From assembly GCA_963693055.1 (NCBI GenBank), contig OY843751.1:5152001-5216000 (forward strand): a DNA stretch of 64,000 nucleotides, given 5' to 3'. A program made the position numbers and the translations under genes. Of the stretch, positions 29,121-39,659 are shown piece after piece (the stretch's first letter is position 1; each line of letters opens with the position of its first letter). The notes under the pieces are model-generated. The model saw only the letters and a program-made list of their open reading frames with translations, was not told the DNA's origin and made no database searches. The DNA comes from a bacterium. GTDB lineage: Bacteria; Zhuqueibacterota; Zhuqueibacteria; Residuimicrobiales; Krinioviventaceae.

Positions 29121-29684
29121 CTAGATTTTTTCTAAAAGCTTGACTAATGCAGGTTGTATTGCTTTTAGTGCGCGGGACATGTGGGTTTCAACCGTTTTAA
29201 CAGATATATCCAAAACTTTAGCAATTTCGGCATATGTTAATTTGTCAAACCGGCTCAAACAAAATATCATTTTACCTTTTTCGGGCAATTTATCTATAAC
29301 GTCATTGATTTGTTTTTCAAGCTCTTTGGCATGGATGTGATCTTCAATATGTCGTATATCATCATGCAAAATAACATATGAAGACGCATATTCACGCTCT
29401 ATATTCAATTTTTGAATTTTCTTCAAGCATTGATTTCTTACAGCGGTAAACAGATATGATTTTATATTTTTAGCAGAATCCAGATTTTTACTGTTTTCCC
29501 AAATTTTATAAAACACCTCTTGCACAACATCCTTGCACATATCAACATCATTTAAATATCTATATGCAAATTGTAATAACGGTTTATAAAAAGTTTTGAA
29601 AAGAATCTCAAAAGCATCAACATCTTTATTTCGGATCTTTTCAATTTGAAAATCTGTTAATTCCAGAGCATTATTTGTATTCAT
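29121..29684 (-). CDS. ECF RNA polymerase sigma-70 factor
   Basis: DVVQEVFYKIW, YLFTAVRN, LTYAEIAKVLDISVKTVETHMSRA. Confidence 0.93.
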   Translation of the reverse strand: MNTNNALELTDFQIEKIRNKDVDAFEILFKTFYKPLLQFAYRYLNDVDMCKDVVQEVFYKIWENSKNLDSAKNIKSYLFTAVRNQCLKKIQKLNIEREYASSYVILHDDIRHIEDHIHAKELEKQINDVIDKLPEKGKMIFCLSRFDKLTYAEIAKVLDISVKTVETHMSRALKAIQPALVKLLEKI

Positions 29685-29970
29685 GCTGGTATTGAACCAT
29701 ATATTGCTTTCACATGTATCTTGATAAACGCTAATTATATATTAAAACATTATCTCACCATTCAATACAAAACCGGAATCATATCTAAAATGCTTGAATG
29801 TGTTAACGGGGTTGAACAGGAAGTGAAAGCTATTGTTCTAATTCAACTCGATTAAAAATATAACCAATTTATTTTTGAATGCAAAAATCTTTTTAGCAAC
29901 AATAGCTTTCCAATTCACCAAAAAACAGATATAAAAACAACTGCACAAATAATTTTTCGTACCAAAGTGT

Positions 29971-31128
29971 TTACTCTTTTATTCGCCAGTGTGTTGCCTT
30001 TAAAACCGTCATTTCACCACGTTTGGGCGACTGGTAATATATAGAATAGATGGATCCATCGTCCAGTTGAACGGATGCCGGGTATCCCAAATCACTATTG
30101 GTAGCGGATGACAAGGTAAATACATTATCAACATCCCAGGTTTCGCCATTGTCACGACTAACACAGGCGCGTTCACCATAGGGTTCTTTACGGTATCCAT
30201 AAGTTACCAACAGCCAACCATTGTTGAGGCGAGCTAAATGCGGCGGATAGCCCCAAATACCGGATGTATGCAGAGGCGTCCAGGTAACACCGCCATCAAA
30301 ACTCTCGGACTGGATCAGTTCATAATGATGAGGTTCTCCATGGTAACGGACCATGGCAACCAGGCGGCCGTCGGCTGCTTCGATTACATGCGGTTCATGA
30401 AAATCTTTTGCACCGGGATCAAAATTCTCAGGAATGGGAATATAACCAATGATCTGCCAGCTTTTGCCGTCATCACGGGATTCTGCCGCGGCGATTCTAT
30501 ATGCGGCTGCAGGACTCGCACTGTTCTGGTCTCCCACTTTTTTATTGATACCCACATACAGTTGGCGGCCATCGGTTAGCTGAACAGGACCATGCGGCGC
30601 ACTTACTTTGGAATCAATATAATCGCCCCAGGTCAATCCACCGTCGGTAGAACGACGCACCCAGTTACCTATCCATTGTTCTCGAGTATCAGGACCTATC
30701 TTTTCAATATGACGTTTCCAGCTCAATACCCGTTCCTTTGTATAGTCCTGCCATTTTCTTTCAAACTGATAAGCAAACGCTAATGAAGTAAACCAACTCA
30801 CAATGAGCGTATTATTCCGTGTACGCAGAATACCGGCATCACGATCATCCAGCGGGGTATTGTTGATGGTAACCGGATCGGACCAGGTGGCGCCATTGTC
30901 CGTACTGGTGATCATCTGTGTCACGCCCCACGGACAAACATGTGATTCACGGTCACCGGAAAATACCACATATAACGTTCCATCCTCTCCTTTATCAATG
31001 GTAGGCCAGCCGATATAGCGATCCGGTTGTTGGCAGATAACCTTTTCTGAAAGGATCTCTGCTTCAGGAGCTGCTGCAGCTATAGATACAGCAAAACAGA
31101 TCAGAAATAACAGGGTCACTCTATTCAT
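29971..31128 (-). CDS. BNR/Asp-box sialidase-like hydrolase, copy 1
   Basis: Five SxDxGxTW-type Asp boxes; HEP, DLGYP; signal peptide. Confidence 0.8.
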   Translation of the reverse strand: MNRVTLLFLICFAVSIAAAAPEAEILSEKVICQQPDRYIGWPTIDKGEDGTLYVVFSGDRESHVCPWGVTQMITSTDNGATWSDPVTINNTPLDDRDAGILRTRNNTLIVSWFTSLAFAYQFERKWQDYTKERVLSWKRHIEKIGPDTREQWIGNWVRRSTDGGLTWGDYIDSKVSAPHGPVQLTDGRQLYVGINKKVGDQNSASPAAAYRIAAAESRDDGKSWQIIGYIPIPENFDPGAKDFHEPHVIEAADGRLVAMVRYHGEPHHYELIQSESFDGGVTWTPLHTSGIWGYPPHLARLNNGWLLVTYGYRKEPYGERACVSRDNGETWDVDNVFTLSSATNSDLGYPASVQLDDGSIYSIYYQSPKRGEMTVLKATHWRIKE

Positions 31129-31162
31129 AAAATCCTCACAATTATAAATTCATAAATTAGAA

Positions 31163-32317
31163 TTATTCTTTAATCCGCCAGTGTGTTGCCTTTAACACCG
31201 TCATTTCTCTGCGTTCAGGTGCCTGGTAATATATCGTATATATGGAGCCATCATCCAGTTGGACCGATGCGGGATATCCCAGATCACTATTGTTTGCGGA
31301 TGACAAAATAAATGCATTGTCTACATCCCAGGTCGTACCATTGTCACGACTGATACAAGCGCGTTCACCATGGGGTTCTTTACGGTATCCATAGGTCACC
31401 AGCAGCCAGTCATTACTGAGACGAGTGAGATGCGGTGGATACCCCCAAATACCGGATGTGTACAGCGGGGTCCAGGTCACGCCGCCGTCAAAACTTTCGG
31501 ACTGGATCAATTCATAATGGTTAGGCTCTCCGCTGTATCGGAACATAGCTACCAGCCTGCCATCTGCCGCTTCAACCACATGCGGTTCACTAAAAGAGCC
31601 TGATCGGCTGTATTTTTCTGGAATAGGGACATAACCAATGATCTGCCAGCTTTTACCGTCATCTCTCGATTCTGCTGCAGCAATACGATGAGCTTTTGCA
31701 GGATTTGCGCTTTTTCGGTCACCTACTTTTTTATTGATTCCAACATACAACTGTCGACCATCAGTTAGCTGAACAGGACCATGCGGCGCCGTCACTTTGG
31801 AGTCGATATACTCTCCCCATGTCAATCCACCATCAGTGGAACGACGGATCCAGTTTCCCAGCCACTGTTCGCGGGTTTCATCACTGATTTTCTCGATATG
31901 ACGCTGCCAGCTCAACACACGTTCCTTTGTATAATTCTGCCATTTTTCTTCAAACTGGTAAGCAAATTCAAGCGAGGTAAACCAACTTACGATCAGGGTA
32001 TTATTACGAGTACGCATGATGCCGGCATCACGATCATCCAGTGGTGTATTGTTGATGGTAACCGGATCGGACCAGGTAGCGCCATTGTCCGTACTGGTAA
32101 TCATCTGGGTCACTCCCCAGGGACAAACATGCGAGTCACGATCTCCGGAGAAAACCACATACAGCGTACCGTCTTTTCCCTTTTCAATGGTGGGCCAGCC
32201 AATGTAACGGCCAGGTTGTTGACATATAACTTTTTCAGAAAGTATCTCTGCTTCAGGAGCAGCCATAACAATAGATACAGTAAAACAAATCAGGAACAAC
32301 AGGGTCACATTTTTCAT
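31163..32317 (-). CDS. BNR/Asp-box sialidase-like hydrolase, copy 2
   Basis: Close tandem paralogue of 29971-31128. Confidence 0.8.
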   Translation of the reverse strand: MKNVTLLFLICFTVSIVMAAPEAEILSEKVICQQPGRYIGWPTIEKGKDGTLYVVFSGDRDSHVCPWGVTQMITSTDNGATWSDPVTINNTPLDDRDAGIMRTRNNTLIVSWFTSLEFAYQFEEKWQNYTKERVLSWQRHIEKISDETREQWLGNWIRRSTDGGLTWGEYIDSKVTAPHGPVQLTDGRQLYVGINKKVGDRKSANPAKAHRIAAAESRDDGKSWQIIGYVPIPEKYSRSGSFSEPHVVEAADGRLVAMFRYSGEPNHYELIQSESFDGGVTWTPLYTSGIWGYPPHLTRLSNDWLLVTYGYRKEPHGERACISRDNGTTWDVDNAFILSSANNSDLGYPASVQLDDGSIYTIYYQAPERREMTVLKATHWRIKE

Positions 32318-32379
32318 CTTTTCCTCTTGATATTCATGGTATATTGTATCAAAAGATAAAAAATTTTTTCATAAAAACA

Positions 32380-33153
32380 TCAGTTTTTATTACTGACCAC
32401 CCTGCATTTGGCGGGCATGTCGTGCAGCATTTGCTGCTCTTTATTAAAGAGCATGAGGATGTAGGCAATAAATATAGTCCATGAAGAAATAATCTTGAAC
32501 AAATTACGCCCCACACATTGACCAAAAGTTGGTCGGTTGCCATCCATGTCTGTTACTTTTAACTGCATAGCCAGCTTGCCCAGGGTAGCTTGTTTCGCGG
32601 AACTCTCCATCCAGATAAAATAAACCAAAAAAACTATATAAAAAAATACTTTTAAAAACAATTCCACTAAATAATACATATTTGGATTAATGCTCTCAGA
32701 TTCAAAAACCCAAAAATTCGCGAGCATAAAAACAACTATAATCACCATAAACAACGCACTGTCAATCAATGAAGCAACACCACGACGAACAAATAACGAA
32801 AACGTTGTAGAATCATATTCATCCTGTGAATCGAATGATCTGCCTTTCCAGCGATTTAAAGCAAACGCCAAAATCGTAAAAATCCACAAAGGCAAACTAA
32901 AAATCAATGCCAATTTCATGGGATACCAGAAGAGCAATAACACAAAACCGTGATCAGGATAGCATTTATATGTATTGATTACACCACTAATTATTGCCAG
33001 AATCAATGGCAATAAGGACAGTAATGCATACACCCTGATTAATGCATTTTTTTTATACAGAAAAAGCAATGCTATACCTAATGGGAACAGAACCATTTCG
33101 AACATTAGCATAGGCCACGCCATAAAGCCGGCATCATTTACATATTCAACCAT
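32380..33153 (-). CDS. RDD-family membrane protein
   Basis: RRGVASLID, QATLGKLAMQLKV, RNLFK, QMLHD. Confidence 0.85.
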   Translation of the reverse strand: MVEYVNDAGFMAWPMLMFEMVLFPLGIALLFLYKKNALIRVYALLSLLPLILAIISGVINTYKCYPDHGFVLLLFWYPMKLALIFSLPLWIFTILAFALNRWKGRSFDSQDEYDSTTFSLFVRRGVASLIDSALFMVIIVVFMLANFWVFESESINPNMYYLVELFLKVFFYIVFLVYFIWMESSAKQATLGKLAMQLKVTDMDGNRPTFGQCVGRNLFKIISSWTIFIAYILMLFNKEQQMLHDMPAKCRVVSNKN

Positions 33154-33301
33154 TTGAACAACCCCTTGTTTGATGAATCCCCATGCAGACCATTGTCAGC
33201 TATGAATTTGTATAATTCAATATACACTTTTTTCGCAAAATCACAACTTTATTGAATAGCAATAATCATTGATTTGTTACTCATTTTGATTAATTAAAGG
33301 A

Positions 33302-33847
33302 ATGTCCATAATGAAAAACATATTTTACTCCGCATTATTAACAGCTCTCTTTTCTACCGGTTCTGTGTTTGCTGAAAATCCACCAAAAACGGTGGAGCAT
33401 GTGGACCTTGAACGCTATACCGGCACCTGGTACGAGATTGCCAAATTGCCGAACCGGTTCCAGAAAAAATGCGCCTTTGGCACCACTGCAAATTATACCC
33501 TGATGGACAATGGCAGTATCCGGGTTATCAATCGCTGCTACAAAGAAAACGGTCAGGAAATAGATGCTAAAGGCCAGGCCAGAATTGTAGACTCTCAAAG
33601 TAACGCCAAATTACAGGTGAGTTTTGTCCGGTTCTTTTGGCGAAACTGGTTCTGGGGAGACTATTGGATCATTGGGCTGGATGACAATTACCAGTGGGCA
33701 ATCGTCGGTCACCCGGAACGAGAATACGGCTGGATACTCGCACGCACACCGCAAATCAACGATGAAATCCGGCAGCAAATAGATGCTATCCTAACAGATC
33801 AGGGCTACAATCCTGATGATTTTGTTAATACCATACAAACCCGATGA
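33302..33847 (+). CDS. blc: Bacterial lipocalin (Blc-like)
   Basis: VDLERYTGTWYEIA, GDYWII, GWILARTP. Confidence 0.85.
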   Translation: MSIMKNIFYSALLTALFSTGSVFAENPPKTVEHVDLERYTGTWYEIAKLPNRFQKKCAFGTTANYTLMDNGSIRVINRCYKENGQEIDAKGQARIVDSQSNAKLQVSFVRFFWRNWFWGDYWIIGLDDNYQWAIVGHPEREYGWILARTPQINDEIRQQIDAILTDQGYNPDDFVNTIQTR

Positions 33848-33858
33848 CAGGAGAACAT

Positions 33859-34371
33859 ATGTCAAAACTCATTCTATATGTCGCTACCAGCCTGGACGGG
33901 TACATTGCCCGCAAAGACGGTGGTGTGGACTGGCTGGCTCAGGCTGAAGATACAGGTTACGAAGAGTTTCTCCAATCCATTGATACCATCATCATGGGAC
34001 GGGAATCCTATAATTTTGTAGAAAATTGCGGATTCTGGCCCTACGAGGGCAAAACCTGTTATGTACTAACGCATAAAGAGATCAAAAATCCTATCGGAGA
34101 TATAATTACAATAAAAGGACAGGCTGACCAGGTTTACGTGGAAATCCGTGAATCCGCAAAAAGCAATATCTGGCTCATGGGTGGTTCCCAGATCGCCTCC
34201 CAGTTTCGTCAATGCAACCTCATCGACGAGTACTGGTTATATGTGCATCCCGTTTGGCTTGGAGAAGGCATTCCGCTGTTTACAACGCCCCTTCAGGAAG
34301 AACAGTTACAACCCGTTTCAAACCGGCAATTGTCTCATGGATTAATTGAACTGATATATAAACGAAATTAG
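33859..34371 (+). CDS. Dihydrofolate reductase/RibD C-terminal family protein
   Basis: ATSLDGYIA, MGRESY, WLMGG, LGEGIPLF. Confidence 0.88.
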   Translation: MSKLILYVATSLDGYIARKDGGVDWLAQAEDTGYEEFLQSIDTIIMGRESYNFVENCGFWPYEGKTCYVLTHKEIKNPIGDIITIKGQADQVYVEIRESAKSNIWLMGGSQIASQFRQCNLIDEYWLYVHPVWLGEGIPLFTTPLQEEQLQPVSNRQLSHGLIELIYKRN

Positions 34372-34479
34372 ATCAAATTCCCCTGACTCAATAATTCACA
34401 ACCAACCTGGTAAAGACTTGATCTTAAAAGCTAATTGTTATCCTTGCGAAACTAGAGTTCCGCAAGGAGTAATATTAAC

Positions 34480-34518
34480 AAAAAAGCCCTGCAAAGTATC
34501 TACTCTACAGGGCTTTTT
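34480..34518. terminator. Bidirectional terminator
   Basis: AAAAAGCCCTG...CAGGGCTTTTT between convergent genes. Confidence 0.7.
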
Positions 34519-34538
34519 CTAAATATTTTTAAACAACA

Positions 34539-35558
34539 TTAGCTGTTCAAATCACGTTTCACAGATTGCAATTCTTCTTCAATCTCTTCAACCAGTTCGT
34601 TAATAATTTCTTTAACTGACTGGACTTTATTTATGAGACCTACTGACTGACCTGCCATGAGTGATCCGCGCATTACATCACCGTCAATAACGGCACGGCG
34701 CAAAGCACCCATCCAGAATTCTTCCACTTTCATCTGAGCATCTACTCTAGTAATTTTGCCATCATTCAATTGTTTAATAAGATCAAGCTGCAAATCACCA
34801 AACTCATCATGGCCTTTGTTGCGTAACGCACGCACAGCAACAACCGGCAAACGACTGTCGAATTGCGGGGTTGATACCGCGTCACGAGCGTTTGAACGGA
34901 TAAATTTTTCCTTAAATTTTTCATGGGCAACACTTTCTTCCGCAACTGCGAATCGGGTACCCATTTGAACACCTGCCGCACCCATCAGAAACAAGTGCGC
35001 GCTCATTTTACCGGTTGCAATGCCTCCGGCAACAAATACAGGAACATCTTTGACCTCAAACAAAACCTGCTGTAACAAAATCGCCAGACTTACATGGCCC
35101 ACGTGCCCACCGGCTTCCATGCCTTCAAGAATCAGTCCTTCTGCACCATAACGTACCATACGTTTGGCAATAGACTCGGTAGATGCAAAGCACAATACAG
35201 TTGCGCCCGTATCTTTCACTTTTTGAATATCATCTTTACCGGGAATACCTCCGGCAAAGATCACATAAGGCAGTTTTAAATCGCGTACCAGTTCAAGATG
35301 GTCCTGATAAGCTGGTGCAATGGTGATCAAATTTACCGCAAAGGGATTGCTTGTTAAAGACCGGGTTTCTTTGATCTGGGCTTCAAGAATTTCAGGAGGC
35401 GTATTACCGCCCGCCAAACAGCCCAAACCACCGGCGTTAGACACTGTTGAAACCAGTTTGGGATCACTGATCCAGGTCATTGCTCCACTGATAATAGGAT
35501 ATTCTATACCAAAAAAATCACGTCCACGTTTAAAATATTTGTCTATCAGTTTACTCAC
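34539..35558 (-). CDS. FabK/nitronate monooxygenase-family flavoenzyme
   Basis: YPIISGAMTW, EGMEAGGHVG, AGGIATG, QMGTRF, MAGQSVG. Confidence 0.85.
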   Translation of the reverse strand: MSKLIDKYFKRGRDFFGIEYPIISGAMTWISDPKLVSTVSNAGGLGCLAGGNTPPEILEAQIKETRSLTSNPFAVNLITIAPAYQDHLELVRDLKLPYVIFAGGIPGKDDIQKVKDTGATVLCFASTESIAKRMVRYGAEGLILEGMEAGGHVGHVSLAILLQQVLFEVKDVPVFVAGGIATGKMSAHLFLMGAAGVQMGTRFAVAEESVAHEKFKEKFIRSNARDAVSTPQFDSRLPVVAVRALRNKGHDEFGDLQLDLIKQLNDGKITRVDAQMKVEEFWMGALRRAVIDGDVMRGSLMAGQSVGLINKVQSVKEIINELVEEIEEELQSVKRDLNS

Positions 35559-35663
35559 ATCAACTCCTCATATTCATGTATATATTTATAACAATTTAAC
35601 AGTATTTCGGGAGAATCACAACACCTTATGAACAACCAGATGAACTAAATTCATCCGATATTT

Positions 35664-38417
35664 TCAGTTTTCTCCAAAATAAAAATACAGTGTTCCGGTG
35701 TAATCTCCATTTGCTTCAAAAGGTACGCCATGGGGGCCTGTATTCACAGCATCTCTGAATTTTGTACCGATGGGAGATATACCATGCAAAAACGAAATAT
35801 CTCCTCCCGGAAATGGTGCTGTTGCAGTCCTTGCATCCTTGCCCAGGTTGGGCGTCAGCATGCGCAGGTACAGATCATCCTGATCAGTCATGACTGTGAT
35901 TGGGCCTTCTTTGGTATCTATCACCACCCAATGAAACGCGTCGTAATATCCCTTGAACTCGGGATAATCCCATGACTCGCCGGGAGTAGTATCGTTGTAA
36001 TCATTCTGCCATACATTCAACATAACACCTGCGGTACGGTTTTTCCAGACACGGTAAGGCCCCATACCCAGCCATTTCATTCCCTGCACCATCTCTTCAG
36101 GATAATCAAAGGATACGCCCATAAAATCATGATATCCGTACAAACGATATTGATAGTCCAATTTCAACCAACCAGAGGCATAAACCGTCCATTTTAAATG
36201 GATAAAATTACCGGAATGAAAATTGCTTTCAATCACATAGGTACCATCTTCATCGCCATAATGGACCGTTGCGGGACGATCACCGCCAGCAGCCAACCGG
36301 GGACCATTGTTGAGCGAAATCGTATTGCCATCCTTTTTGACCGAACGCAGCTTGCCGCGGCGGGTTTCAAAAACATATTCCATGTTAGCAGCTTTGACGA
36401 CTAAATTGTTGCCGCTGGTATCGGCTTGAATTTTGCCGCCCTTGATATCCACAATCGGAGCAACATATTTCCTGGATTTTTGTAACGGAAAGCTCCAGGT
36501 ATAAATATCCCGTCCTGTGTTTGCTTTTGCATTCACGTACAAGACATCATACCCGGAAAAAGTATCAGGCATTTCCAGTAACAGTTGAGATTTTTCACCA
36601 GGTGCGCAACTCACCGGAGCGATCTGAACATCCACGCGTGATGCCAGTCCTTCCGCATCATCAAAGGGACCGGGAAAGGTGCCCAACCACGCACTAAAGC
36701 TGCATTGATCCAGATTGGTATAGTAATAGCGGTTCTCTACAGGGATGGCACCGTTAAATCCACTATCTAGTACTTTTTCAACAATATAAACGGGCGAATA
36801 AATCTCTTTGATGGCAAAGAAACTGGCCTCTTTTTCATGATGCGGCCCTAAAATCCCGTCCGGGGCCTGATTGCCAGCATTGTCTATGATATTATTCTTG
36901 TCAGTTCTGACTACACCTTCATCCGCAAACACCCATGAAAATGCACCGGCATTGTACTTTTTATCATAGGCCATATCCCAATAATCCTGCAAACCCGCAC
37001 CATGGCCTCCATCGTACAGGCCATGCCAGATCTCGGTGGGCATCAGTAGATCCGAACCATCGTCCAGCATTTTGCGAAACATTTCAAAATCCTGATAATG
37101 CGATGTATTGATTCCACTTGCTGTCTCCCAGGGATGCAGTACATTCCGTTTTTGCGGGTCCCATTTGGAAAACTCGGGCACCAGTTCATAATTGAATCCA
37201 CCTTCGTTACCATTGTCCCAGAACAAAATACAAGGATGGTTCACATCGCGCGTTACCAGTTCTTTTACCAACCGTTTTCCGGTTTCGGTATCATAAGCTG
37301 CCTGCCAGCCGGTCAATTCATCCAGAACAAACAGTCCCAGAGAATCACACACATCCAGAAAATGCGCGTCAGGAGGATAATGAGACATGCGTACCGCGTT
37401 CATATTCATATCTTTGATCAGGTTCACATCCTCAATACTGAGCGATTTGCTCAAAGTACGTCCGCTTTCCGGCCAAAAAGAGTGTCGGTTCACGCCTTTT
37501 AAATGTACTTTGACATTATTGACATAAATCCCATCGCCTTTACGGACCTCAACCGTGCGGAATCCGAATTTTTGCGTGGTCAGGTGCATTACATCCGCCG
37601 CTTTTAATCGAATTTCTGCAACGTACAGATCTGGAGTTTCGGCTGTCCACAGTTGCGGATTCTCTATTTGGGTGGTCAATCTCACATGGGTATCATTTTT
37701 ATTGATCTGTGTGGAAAAAGGACTACCAACATTCTGACCATCTGTGGTTTTGATCTGGCATTCCACCTGCTTTGCCAGTTCAATATTCTCGAGAAACACA
37801 TCCACGGCAAAAGAGCCATCCGCTTGCGCGTCAATAGCAACACGGTCCACATGCTCCCAGGGAAGCGCGCGCAAATAAACAGGTCTGAATATGCCGCCGA
37901 ATATCCAAAAATCCGCTACCCGCTCTGCCAGGTTTACAGATTCGTTGGATGATTTTTTGCTTACGGTTACTTCAAGCATATTTTCTTCACCGGCGCGTAC
38001 CAGCCGGGTGATGTCATAACTGAAACGATAAAATGCACCCCGGTGCACAGGCCCTGCTGACATGCCATTGATCCACACCTCGGTATCGGTCATGGAGCCT
38101 TCAAATACCAGCTCTATCTTTTTACTGTACCAGTTTTGTGGTACCATAAAAGCATAACGATACTTGCCCTGCTCGTCTGCGTGGGGAAGCTGCCGACCAT
38201 AGTTGTAGTTGCCAAATCCCTGTAATTCCCAGCAAGATGGCACCGAAATCTTTGTCCATTTATTGCTGTTCTGGCCGCCGGTTACCATAAAATTCCAATT
38301 TACCGTATTGTCATTTCCCGTTCCGGACAGGTATTGGATCTCGGTAGTCCGAGCCAATAGAGATACCGCTGTAATCAAAACAGTCCATATCACAAATCTA
38401 TATTTCAACATATCCAA
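35664..38417 (-). CDS. Glycoside hydrolase family 2 (beta-galactosidase-like)
   Basis: GGIFRPV, FGFRTVE, KGVNRH, RMSHYPP, WDNGNEG, PTE. Confidence 0.9.
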   Translation of the reverse strand: MDMLKYRFVIWTVLITAVSLLARTTEIQYLSGTGNDNTVNWNFMVTGGQNSNKWTKISVPSCWELQGFGNYNYGRQLPHADEQGKYRYAFMVPQNWYSKKIELVFEGSMTDTEVWINGMSAGPVHRGAFYRFSYDITRLVRAGEENMLEVTVSKKSSNESVNLAERVADFWIFGGIFRPVYLRALPWEHVDRVAIDAQADGSFAVDVFLENIELAKQVECQIKTTDGQNVGSPFSTQINKNDTHVRLTTQIENPQLWTAETPDLYVAEIRLKAADVMHLTTQKFGFRTVEVRKGDGIYVNNVKVHLKGVNRHSFWPESGRTLSKSLSIEDVNLIKDMNMNAVRMSHYPPDAHFLDVCDSLGLFVLDELTGWQAAYDTETGKRLVKELVTRDVNHPCILFWDNGNEGGFNYELVPEFSKWDPQKRNVLHPWETASGINTSHYQDFEMFRKMLDDGSDLLMPTEIWHGLYDGGHGAGLQDYWDMAYDKKYNAGAFSWVFADEGVVRTDKNNIIDNAGNQAPDGILGPHHEKEASFFAIKEIYSPVYIVEKVLDSGFNGAIPVENRYYYTNLDQCSFSAWLGTFPGPFDDAEGLASRVDVQIAPVSCAPGEKSQLLLEMPDTFSGYDVLYVNAKANTGRDIYTWSFPLQKSRKYVAPIVDIKGGKIQADTSGNNLVVKAANMEYVFETRRGKLRSVKKDGNTISLNNGPRLAAGGDRPATVHYGDEDGTYVIESNFHSGNFIHLKWTVYASGWLKLDYQYRLYGYHDFMGVSFDYPEEMVQGMKWLGMGPYRVWKNRTAGVMLNVWQNDYNDTTPGESWDYPEFKGYYDAFHWVVIDTKEGPITVMTDQDDLYLRMLTPNLGKDARTATAPFPGGDISFLHGISPIGTKFRDAVNTGPHGVPFEANGDYTGTLYFYFGEN

Positions 38418-38553
38418 CTCCTGGGGATTATTTCGTCTAATAAATCGCTATATTTTAATTTTAGTACAATTTTAAATATAATAAAATATTTGGAATATTT
38501 ACAAGGTTATTATACATTATAAAAAGCAAACAGCAAGTACAAGGAGGCAATTC

Positions 38554-39351
38554 ATGGCCATAGATTTTAATTCACTCAACACAATCATAGAAGGCAAAAC
38601 CAAGATTATTTATGAAAATCCGGATAACCTTAAAACGGTTTTCATGAAATTCAAAGACGACATTACCGCGGGAGATGGAGTCAAGCACGATGTCATTGAA
38701 GGCAAGGCCCAACTGGACTGGCAAACCAACAAGGACATTTTTGAATATCTGAACCGCTGTGGTGTGCAGACTCACTATATCAACAGTCCCGAGGACATGG
38801 TCTCTGAAGTTAAAAAACTCGATTTCAAGATCAATCTCGAGGTTGTAACGCGCCGCGTGGCTACGGGTTCCATTCTGCATTGGGGCAATGCCGTTGAAGG
38901 CACCTGGTACGATCCCGTGATCACCCAGTTCCACTATAAAGACGATCCCCTGCACGATCCATTATTGGACGAAAAGTATGTGCAATACATTATTTCAAAA
39001 AAAGACGGCTGGGAATACAAGAAAATGGTAGAGCTCAACCAGGTTGCGTTCCTGCATCTTGAAAAAGCCTTTGCCAAATTCAACATCCAGTTGATGGATA
39101 TGAAGCTGGAATACGGACTCATTGACGGCGATATTTTTCTGATCGATGAAGTGTCCGGTGGCTCGTTCCGCCTGTGGCCCTATGCCAAAGAGAATCCCAA
39201 TTTTAACCAGGAAAACGTCATGACAGAACTGGACCCCAAGGGCAGACTGGACAAGGACGTCTACCGTATGGGCGGCGAGCTGGATACGGTCCGTTCCAAA
39301 TTCCAGGTCATTGCCGACATTACCAAACAATTCAAAGACCTTGAGGTTTAA
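38554..39351 (+). CDS. purC: SAICAR synthetase
   Basis: EGKTK, FKDDITAGDG, EVVTRRVATGS, YKDD, DMKLEYG, IDEV, LDKDVYR. Confidence 0.92.
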   Translation: MAIDFNSLNTIIEGKTKIIYENPDNLKTVFMKFKDDITAGDGVKHDVIEGKAQLDWQTNKDIFEYLNRCGVQTHYINSPEDMVSEVKKLDFKINLEVVTRRVATGSILHWGNAVEGTWYDPVITQFHYKDDPLHDPLLDEKYVQYIISKKDGWEYKKMVELNQVAFLHLEKAFAKFNIQLMDMKLEYGLIDGDIFLIDEVSGGSFRLWPYAKENPNFNQENVMTELDPKGRLDKDVYRMGGELDTVRSKFQVIADITKQFKDLEV

Positions 39352-39353
39352 TC

Positions 39354-39378
39354 AAAGCGGCGCACAGCCGCTTTTTTT
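39354..39378 (+). terminator. purC terminator
   Basis: AAAGCGGC-GCACA-GCCGCTTTTTTT. Confidence 0.75.
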
Positions 39379-39387
39379 ATATAAAGG

Positions 39388-39625
39388 TACACCTCCCGGC
39401 GATTGTTGAAAAAGGTCATAATCTTGAAAAAAAACAGCAACTCTCCGACCCAAATTCGATTTGGGTCGGAACTATGGTGCGAAGCTCTGCTTCGCAAGCA
39501 TTTGTAAATCAACAATCTGCGCATTATGAAATTTTATCCAAGCAAAGCTTGGAGCCAACTTTCCTTACCAAATAAAATTTGGTAAGGAGATTGTATAAAT
39601 TTTTAAACAGTCACCCGGAAGTGTA
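39388..39625. mobile_element. MITE/REP-composite non-coding element
   Basis: 26-bp outer inverted repeat (21/26 match) enclosing four internal hairpins. Confidence 0.6.
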
Positions 39626-39659
39626 TTCAAGATACTTTCGAATCGACAGGTAAAACCCA

